Positions 53,835 through 64,000 of a stretch of DNA of 64,000 nt are shown piece after piece; position 1 is the first letter of the stretch, and each line of letters starts with the position of its first letter. The stretch is taken from assembly GCA_964016885.1 (NCBI GenBank), contig OZ024741.1:135842001-135906000 (forward strand), in the 5' to 3' direction. Source of the stretch: Eledone cirrhosa. Taxonomy: Eukaryota. The position numbers and the translations under genes were made by a program. The notes beneath the pieces are model-generated. The model was given only the letters and a program-made list of their open reading frames with translations. It ran no database searches and was not told the origin of the DNA.

Positions 53835-56800
53835 TCCGAGTTCAAATCCCGCCGAGGTTAACTTTGCCCTTCATCCTTACAGGGTCGATAAAATAAAGTA
53901 CCAGTAATACACTGAAATAATTGCTGGCCTTGTGCCAAAAGTAGAAACAAATATATTTACAATACTATCATCAATAAAACAACAAACCTCACAGAAATAG
54001 CACACGAAACAAATGTTATAGACAGGCAAATGATAATGTTACTCACACCTCAACAGCTTGGAGATGTACAAGACACTCACAGGAATCTGTTGAATAAAGA
54101 AAATAATTATAAATATTATAATTACAGTATTTTTTAATGCAGGCAAAAGGCCAGCAATTTGTAGGGAAGAAAAAGTCGATAATATCGATCCCGATACTTT
54201 ACTGGTACTTTGTTTTATCAACTCCGAAAAGACGAAAGATAACTTTGACCTCGAAAGGATTTGAACTAAGAACTAAAAGAACATAGTACCAAACAGTATA
54301 GCATTTTCTCCAGCGATCTGACAATTCTACCAATCCACCCCCATTAGTTTCTAACTTAGGAACAAGGTGAGCAAGCAGTGTATTTCTAGTAGATTTTATC
54401 GACTCCAACACTAGTTTAGTACTTTATTTTCTCGACCCTGAAAGGATGAAAGGCAAGGTTGAACGCAGCAGGATTAATAATTATTGTTTCTACTTTAAGC
54501 ACAAGGTCAGCTATTTGAAGGGGATGGGAAAGTCGGTTAAATCGACCCCAGTATATTACTGGTGCTTTATTTCTCGACACCGTAAGGCTGAAAGGCAAAG
54601 CTATCCTTAATAATTGTTTCTACTTTTGGCACAAGGCCAGCAATTACTCAGTACATTACTGGTACTTTATTTTATTGACCCCATAAGGATGAAAGGCAAA
54701 GTTGACCTCGGCGGGATTTGAACTCAGAATGGAAAGGGCCGTAACTCTATGTGTCAAAGCAGGACGTCTGACCCTCTACCGATATTGCCAATCCACCGCC
54801 CTAAAGCTAACCTTAATAATAATATTAATAGTTGTTTCTACTTTTGGCACAAGGCCAACAATTTGAAGGGGAGGGGAAAGTCGATTAAATCAATCCCTGA
54901 GAGATGAAAGGCAGCGTTGACCCCTGGTCGGAATAAAGTGTGACTTTCAATGATAATATTTTTTTCTCATTTAGACGCAAACCTAATCATTTATCGTGAG
55001 GAGAGTTCGATTATATCGACCTAGAAAGATGAAAGTAAATTTGATTCCGGCAGGGTTGCAATACTTTTTCAATAATAATGATTATTAATTTAGGCACAAA
55101 GCCAGTAATTTGTGGGGCGATGAAATTCGACCCAGTATTTTACTAGTACTATATTTTATCGACCACTGAAGGATGAATGGTAAAGTTGACCTTGGCAAGA
55201 TTTAAACGCAGTATAAAAAGGGTGGGCACAAGGCCAGTAATTTGGGGCGAGGAGAAAGTCGATTAAATCGACTCCAATACGTTACTGGTGTTTTATTTTA
55301 TCGACCCCGTAAGGATGAAAGGCAAAGTTAACCTCGGTGGGATTTGAACTCAGACCGTAAAGGATCGTAACTCTATGCTGCAAAGCATGGCCTCCGACTC
55401 TCTACCGATACTGCCAATCCACCGCCCTAAGGGTGGGAACAAATACTGATAAGCATGTGTTCGATGTTCTACTAGGGAATTACATGAGATGAAGGAGATA
55501 AGGGACAACATGGGGATAGGGTTTTTAAATAGAAATTGGAAAAAATAATGGTTTATTATATAATAATTGTTTCTACTTTTGGCACAAGGCCAGCAATTAT
55601 CCCAGTGTATTTCTGGTACTTTATTTTATCGACCCCGTAAGGATGAAAGGCAAAGTTAATATAATAATATAATTGTTTCTACTTTTGGCACAAGGCCAGC
55701 AATTATTCCAGTACATTACTGGTACTTTATTTTATCGACCACGTAAGGATGAAAAGCAAAGTTAACCTCGATAATATAATAATATTAAAACAGCTGCTAA
55801 GTTCTATACTTTCGGCACTGTAAGAAATTATTTTAACAGTTTATTTTTTCATTATTAAAAATCAATTTTACCTAGTTTCCATGTAACCTATAAAAGTGCT
55901 AAAAGCAATAAACTTTAAGACTCATACGTATTTTAAATGATTCGTTTTAATTGCCTGTATTTTCTAAACATGTGAATGTTGTACATAATGTATAATGATC
56001 GTGTAACTCTTAGTTGTCATAAATCAACTATATATATATTTACTGATTGATTTACTGAGAAAGTTATTGTAAGAGTTGTTTCCCTTACATTATAAATCAT
56101 ACATGGAGATATGACATCTAAGTATCTTTGGTCCCGTAACTCCTAATTGCGTTGTAGGAGCGACTTATCAATACCGCTTTTCTTGGCCATTTTTCGTTGT
56201 TAAACCTAGCGGAGTCATCTCCTCTCTAAGTCTGAATACACCAGATTTCTTCCAGTGACGAATTGAGAGTTAGACGATGTAAGTGAAAAAAGATATATAG
56301 ATGAAGAAACGACCCCAGTGCTAAACTAATAATTTTATTATCGACCTCGAATGGATGAAAGGTAAAGTTGACTTCGGCAGGATTTGAACTCAGAGAGCCA
56401 GAACAAATGCGCGAAGCATTCTATTCGAAGTTCTAACGACTATGCAAATTCGTTGCCTATATGACATTTATATTTTCTAGTATATTAATAAATTTAAATG
56501 GAATGATTATATCATAGTTATTTCAAACTTTGAGCATTCTACACACATCAGATATCTCTACTGTAGAAATAAGTTTATTTCTATATATACATAAAAAAAC
56601 AACATATACGTATAAATATTCTAAATAATGATTTGAAGAGCATTAATTTATTTAGTACAATTTTAGGGATACGGGGAACGAATATTTTCAAGATTTTTTA
56701 TTTTATGTGAATTATTTGAATTTGATATTTCAATTAAATAAGTTTAGTAAATTCCTTTTAAGTTCATAGGTTTGAGCCTTCGATAGTTGTTTCCCTTGGC

Positions 56801-57118
56801 AGATGAAGGCCACAGGAACTGTTGATATAAGCAGCCAGGCGTTCCCATTCAGTTAACAGTATATGGCTTGTTTGTATAATTACAAACGAACGAATCGAAT
56901 GTTATTGCCTTTCATCCTTACGGGGTCGATAAAATAAAGTACCAGTAATACACTGGTTATTTGCTGGCCTTGTGCCAAAAGTAGAAACAATTATTAATAT
57001 ACGAAAATCCCGCCGAGGTTAACTTTGCCTTTCATCCTTACGGGGTCGATAAAATAAAGTACCAGTAATACACTAGGTTATTGCTGGCCTTGTGCCAAAA
57101 GTAGAAACAATTATTAAT
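53835..57118. mobile_element. Dense cluster of complete and truncated tRNA-derived SINEs, mostly on the minus strand and head-to-tail at 54140-55770
   Basis: More than ten copies of ttgtttctacttttggcacaaggcc..ttttatcgaccccgtaaggatgaaaggcaaag, separated by aataat spacers. Confidence 0.9.
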
Positions 57119-57142
57119 ATTAAAAAAACTCAGATTACATTG

Positions 57143-57192
<50 letters not shown>

Positions 57193-57392
57193 CACTAGGA
57201 GGTTATATCCGTAGTAGAATAGCGCTTACTCCATGGGACGAGTTCGGTAGAAGTTAGTTCCACAACAGTTGATCAACCGTTTACTGCGTCCTCGAAAATG
57301 GTTTATCAAGTGTTCTACTACTATATATATATATATATATAGTAGTAGAACACTATATATATGTGTTCCTTACCACAATTCCTTTTTGTTAT

Positions 57393-57449
<57 letters not shown>

Positions 57450-57911
57450 CTACTACTATATATATATATATATATATGTCATAACAAAAAGGAATTGTGG
57501 TAAGGAACCAGATGGACCATAACGCACCAGAGTACTCAATACTTAGGGTAGTAGAGTGGGAAGGGAATATGAAAAAGTATGACTCCGACGGCAGAGCTCA
57601 AGCCGTTTCGACGGCTATTTCAGTCCAGAAATAGCCGTCGAAACGGCTTGAATTCTGCCGTCGGGGTTAAACTTTTTCCTATAGATATATATTTATGGGG
57701 TCATACTTTTTCCTATATATATCATATATATATATATGTCATATATATGTGAGTGTGTGTGTGAGAGTGTATGCGTGTGTGTGTATATGTGTGTGTGTGT
57801 GTGAGACCCGGGTTCAATCGGTGGTAACGGCAGTAACTTAATACATTAGTAGTAGATTGAAAACAACAAATTTAATAGAGAAATGGCTTCTACGGGACTA
57901 GAACTGTTTCA

Positions 57912-57945
<34 letters not shown>

Positions 57946-58938
57946 ATGATCTGCGGTACTGAAACCAGGAAGACTACATATGAAAGAAGTACTCAATATA
58001 TGATAAGATGCACAGGGGGTATTCTTTCACTAATATGTACATATATATATATAAAATGTGTGCGTGTGCGTGCTTATGTTTACCATTTCTTCACGCCTCG
58101 TAACTTAACCTCCGTACCTCAGCAGTTTTACAGAAACTGAAGGATAAAATAATTTCCAGACTTAAAATGTAATTATTGGGGTCGATATCAGCTACTAAAC
58201 CTATTCATGTCTGTGACCCAGAATGGGCACAGTCTAATGACTGAGACTCAATAAATAGGTGGACTATATATATAGAAATCTATACGTTTGTATGTATATA
58301 TAGCTGATTGATATCTATTTTGTGTTTAATAAAAATGTATTGTATTGTGGTGAATATGACTTTGTAGTCGTTGTCTGATTACATTTATATTGGTTTCAGT
58401 TATTCAATAGATTTTAGTTAGTCATATCCACCCCGGTACTTATTTGTCTTCACCTCAGATATGTTATCATTATGTTATCGATCTAGATAGAAGGTATCAT
58501 TGAGTGGGACTTTTAACTGGTATTTCTAGCAGGTCGAGTGATTACGTAGCTGCTCTTTCTATACTTATTTACTTAATGTAGATATGTTTATTTCAGCGAT
58601 TGCCAACCTGTGGGGCGTCAGAGCATTGGTGATTGCGGGGCACTAAGGGTCGCGGAAGATTGGGGCTCTATAGATATAAGTTAATTTCAGTAGTTCAAGT
58701 ACCTTGTTAGAAATATAATATGCATACTTTACTGCATATCCATTCTTCACTGAGTATAAACATTTTTTCTCGTGTGATTGTTACAGTATTTCAAGTACTT
58801 TTGTTATAAACTTAATATATATACATTATTGGTTATCAGTTTCCTACTTGATTGTTATCTTCATCGTATAAACATTTCAAGTTATTCGTTATAAACATAA
58901 TACATACACTATCGTGTATCTATTATTCTCTAAGTATA

Positions 58939-59126
58939 GAGGGCGGTGGATTGGCAGTATCGGTAGAGGGTCGGACGCCATGCTTTCTAGCATAGTTACG
59001 TCCCTTTACGATCTGAGTTCAAATCCCGCCGAGGTTGACTTTGCCTTTCATCCTTACGGGGTCGATAAAATAAAAGTACCAGTAATGCACTGGGTAATTG
59101 CTGGCCTTGTGCCTAAAGTAGAAACA
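58939..59126 (+). mobile_element. Young full-length tRNA-derived SINE with a 17-bp TSD; next copy at 59165-59348
   Basis: A-box TGGCAGTATCGG and B-box GAGTTCAAATCC. TSD attattctctaagtata at 58922-58938 and 59127-59143. Confidence 0.92.
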
Positions 59127-59661
59127 ATTATTCTCTAAGTATAAATATATCTCACTTTCAAATGTGGATTGGCAGTATCGGTAGAGGGTCGGACGCCATA
59201 CTTTGACGCATAGAGTTACGGCCCTTACCATTCTGAGTTCAAATCCCGCCGAGGTTAACTTTGCCTTTCATCCTTACGGGGTCGATAAAATAAAGTACCA
59301 GTAATGCACTGGGTAATTGCCGGCCTTGTGCCAAAAGTAGAAACAGCTATTATCACTGTATAACAATTTCAAATACTTTGTTATAAACATAATATACACA
59401 CAAAAACTTTTAGGCATCGATTTTTCTCCCCAATTAAAAATTTATCAACACCGAATACTTTTATCACTATATATCAATCTGGGAGGGCGAGTAATTGTTG
59501 TGGGTACGAGGTTTCCCTAAGGAATAATCCTTTAAATAAATGAGGCTCCTTGTTGCGAATAGGTTGAGAGCTGCAGATATAGCTGGGCCCTCATAATGTG
59601 TTGTGAACCTTTCTCTGTCTTAATTTGTGTAGATGTACAAGCGTACATCTTTAATATGTAA

Positions 59662-59695
<34 letters not shown>

Positions 59696-59794
59696 CATGT
59701 GATTGTCTATGTGTGGCGGGTATATGTGTGAGCATAACAGAGAGATTGTCTGATCGTGTGAATGTGTGTCTGTGTGTGCGTGTATATATATATG

Positions 59795-59832
<38 letters not shown>

Positions 59833-59833
59833 T

Positions 59834-59911
<78 letters not shown>

Positions 59912-60149
59912 TTATATACATATATATATATATATATACACGCGCACACACACACATTCACACGATCAGACAATCTCTCTGTTATACTTGATCACATAAT
60001 CACAGAATCACTCTGTCATGCTCACCCAAACTCACATACACCCACCCTGACTCACATATTTCTAATGATTCCCGTGGTTTAACCGAAATTTTATTATGTT
60101 GCCAGTGATCAAACAACATGAATCATACACCAGGAAATTGCTGACATGA

Positions 60150-60550
60150 TTCAGCAGATATCACAGGGATATGCAACGATTATGTGTATATAAGATATCA
60201 CAAAACTATGCAACCGTTATGGCGTTTTATCTTAAAGCAGGGATATGCAACGGTTAAGGATGAATATGATATCACAGAGAGATCGACGGTTATGGCTAAA
60301 TGTGATATCACAGCGATATGCAACGGTTGAGGCTCTATATGTTTACACAGGGATATGCAACAGTTAGGGCTATATGTGATATCTCAGGGATATACAATGA
60401 CTATGGTTATACAAGACATCACAGATATATTCTCCGATTATGATTCACATATCCGGGGAATATGCAACGGTTATGGCTGGTAAGATGTATGAGGGACATA
60501 CAACGATTATAGTTACCTGTGATATTACAGATGTGTGTAACGATTATAAC
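60150..60550. repeat. Degenerate 37-bp minisatellite, about 11 copies
   Basis: Unit resembles gatatcacagggatatgcaacggttatggctatatgt. Confidence 0.85.
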
Positions 60551-60661
60551 TCTATATATCAGCTAGTGTCATATCGCCACCTACAGTTTCACCATTTTAA
60601 AGACACTGTATAACCCTATTTCAGTAGATAGCATGCACAAATCATACACTTCTTATAAACA

Positions 60662-60840
60662 TTGGCAGAATCGGTAGAGGGTCGGACGCCATGCTTTCCA
60701 GCATAGTTACGTCCCTTTACGATCTGAGTTCAAATCCCGCCGAGGTTGACTTTGCCTTTCATCCTTACGGGGTCGATAAAATAAAGTACTAGTAATACAC
60801 TGGGTAATTGCTGGCCTTGTGCCTAAAGTAGAAACAAATA
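60662..60840 (+). mobile_element. tRNA-derived SINE; an older, different SINE follows at about 60880-61110
   Basis: Same consensus as 58939-59126. Confidence 0.88.
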
Positions 60841-61184
60841 TAATGTGATATACAGGATGACGTTTCATATTGTTTAGGTGCATGACTTGGTTTCAGTGTT
60901 CGACAAATAATAGTAAAGCCGTGAGTTGATACACGCCAGTCACTTGTGTCCTTGAGAAAGATGCTTTATTTAACGTTGCTCCAGCCCAGTCGGCTTGCAA
61001 TAATGAGGTGTACCTTTATGCAACACTGGTTCTCTCAGAGAACTACGTTAAGTGTACACGTTTCTGAGAAATACTCGGCCACTTATAAGTTGATTTGTTA
61101 ATTTCTTGAGCCGACCGTTCCAATGTTCCAACACGCACACATATTACACACACACGAACCAATACACACACACACACACACGCA

Positions 61185-61308
<124 letters not shown>

Positions 61309-61604
61309 CAGAGAATACACACAGAAAATCATTTACAACGGACAGGAAAACTTCATTGTTAACTCCTCAGCCACTTTTCTGGCGTTAAATTTCGCGCATT
61401 AAAACAATATTGCTAAGATACACGTGATACAATAACAAAACAAAGAACGCAGAAGAATCTTTACGCAGTCTTCCAACAAAATCAGGGGCATATGCCATGT
61501 AAAAGCTGTTACATAGTCATTTGTATAAATATTACATTATTTCAACTTTATGTTCATATATATTTATGAAGGCGCCGGATATTGTGCGTATACATTTAAG
61601 CCCC

Positions 61605-61639
<35 letters not shown>

Positions 61640-63095
61640 GGGTGTGTGTGTGTGTACTTGTGTATGTATGCATGCATGCATCCATCCACGCATACATACA
61701 CACACACACACACACATACACACACATACACACACACATATATATCTATATATATATATAATACATAATTGCTTATTGCTCTACATAGTAGAACATATTT
61801 TGCGTCATATTCCAATATTGGTATATCAGTTGTTGTAATACTATAGATAATACTAAAATATTTGAGGCGTTAGCAAATTACACTGCCTTGATTTAATAAT
61901 TTATTTTTTATAATGCAAGTCTGGAAAAAATCATAATATAATTTCGTTGGCAGTAAATCTAGCTAATCTAATATCTTAGCCAGCGTATAAGAAGAACATC
62001 AAATAAAAATATATAAACTGTGAAAATATACGGACATTGATATACAACAGTAATATTGATAAAATTGGGAGATAATGCCAGTGTTTTGCTGCTATGATAA
62101 ACTATTGACGTATCTACAAAGAATCAACTGAATATGAAAAGTGGATTTCACTATCAACTGATGGCTACTTCGCCAATTTAATGCAATGAATGCTTATATA
62201 AAGCCGCTACAGCGAGAGTTTAATTGCCTAATATTATCAGTCATGTTTGTAAAAACGTTTGCTTCTTATTATTTCCAATAGATAAAGTGATAATGAACCA
62301 TATATTTTCATTTCAGTGGGGGCGAGGTAGGAAACATTTTCTCGTATATAAATACTGCTTCTTTTTGTTTTTCTCAGTTTTTCTGAAATCCAAAATACTC
62401 CCACATAATATCGGGGACATTTAACACCATTAAATTCATCTTTGATTTAATAATTCTAAAATGATATTTTTATGAAAAAATATTTTCGTTTTAGCTGAGG
62501 GATTTCCACATATATGCATTGTATTATTGTATTATTATTGTTGAACTCCTAAATACTCCCTCATAATACAGGGAACATTTAACCTTATTAAATTCACCTT
62601 TGATTTTATAGTTCTGAAATAATATTTTGTAATATCTATTCTCTATTTTATTCATTATCATATATGTTGTATTTCCTCATTTCACTATCTCTATATCATC
62701 TCCAGTTTATCTGAACGACAATCTGACATTCTACGTTCCACTGAATCGCTAAATCGTTTCAACAGTGCTTTAGTCGTTGATGTGTAGATTAATTCTTGCG
62801 TTAGGTCTCTTTTTCCCATTAATGTTTATCTAAGCTGAAGGTTAGCAAATACTTATTCAGACCTGGAGCCCATGAGTCGACATAAAGTTGCGTAGATGAC
62901 AACATTTTAATAAACAAAGCTCTAATTTAACATTTTAGAATATATCTTTTCATAACAAGATGTTAAACATGAAAACGAGTGGAGATGGTGGTGTCAAATT
63001 GCAGGGGCAGTCACAAACGTAACCTAGACACCCGCGCACAAATGCGCACAACACGCACGCTCACATACACAACACACACACACACACACACACAC

Positions 63096-63167
<72 letters not shown>

Positions 63168-63367
63168 TTATATATCTCCATATATATCCGTCGTACCTCT
63201 GCAGTTTCCGTCTTTCAAATCCCACCCACAAAGGCTTGGTGAACCCGGGACTATAGGAAACGACTCTGGACCAACTTGCCACGCAATGGGACTGAACACA
63301 GCGCTACGAGGCCGCAGAGTGAATTCTTAGCCACACAGTAATGCTTGCACTTATTATGATATTTCTT

Positions 63368-63554
63368 GGGCGGTGGATTGGCAGTATCGGTAGAGGGTCG
63401 GACGCCATGCTTTGACGCATAGAGTTACGGCCCTTGTCATTCTGAGTTCAAATCCTTCCGAGGTTAACTTTGCCTTTCATCCTTACGGGGTAAATAAAAT
63501 AAAGTACCAATAATGTACTGGGTAATTTCTGGCCTTGTGCCAATAGTAGAAACA
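63368..63554 (+). mobile_element. Full-length tRNA-derived SINE with a 15-bp TSD; an older SINE of another family lies on the minus strand at about 63200-63350
   Basis: TSD attatgatatttctt at 63353-63367 and 63555-63569. Confidence 0.9.
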
Positions 63555-64000
63555 ATTATGATATTTCTTAACCGACTAGAGCTGGAAGTGTCAAAGTTGC
63601 TGATTGCCAAATACTATATATATGGAAATTCTCTTCAGAAACCTAGATATAATTTTTCTTTAAAAAAAAATCGAATTCATAACGTAAGTAGTTAAGTAGT
63701 GGGTGCTGAGATATATAAGATATATTTCTAGCTAACGTCTTCTTACCAATCTTCCTTTCTATGATATGTAATTATTATCAATATTCATTTTCTGCTGTAA
63801 TGATTATTGGTATGAAGATAATACCAATATTCCACTTTAGAAAGTTCGGTGATATATTATCATTTTATTAAGCAGAGAATTATGAAATAAAAAAATAAAT
63901 TATTTTTCTCAAATAATAAATTGCATTAAGAAGTTAAAAATAATTACAGTTGAATAAATTATTCTCATAAAGCTCATGATTTATTATGAATGATTTGTAA

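Noticed and set aside
58941-59030. tRNA gene suggested by A- and B-boxes
   Set aside because: No cloverleaf. It continues into the SINE body, is multi-copy and has TSDs.

Overview
AT-rich, repeat-dominated animal genomic DNA, probably from an octopus (inferred from the SINE families and the extreme (TA)n load). There is no complete host protein-coding gene, only a probable signal-peptide exon at the left edge and a few weak exon candidates. Most ORF-track entries are microsatellite artefacts. The main find is a family of short non-coding elements that each carry a type I hammerhead ribozyme (HHR) and an upstream ATGCAAAT octamer. They occur as a near-perfect 467-bp tandem array (9.9-11.9 kb), a second array (13.1-14.0 kb), a diverged monomer showing covariation (3.8-4.2 kb) and a decayed 330-bp dimer (29.6-30.1 kb). 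They resemble retrozymes and newt satellite 2, and three of them share a Penelope-type inversion-plus-tail insertion signature in (TA)n. The window also holds about a dozen other HHR-bearing Penelope-LTR-like fragments and palindromes and a GIY-YIG Penelope fragment. Other elements are a head-to-tail chain of Tx1-like LINEs joined at (ATT)n tails, a tRNA-derived SINE whose 3' end matches those LINEs, a CR1-like LINE, hAT and mariner MITEs, and several minisatellites. Everything was read by eye; no database searches or folding programs were run.
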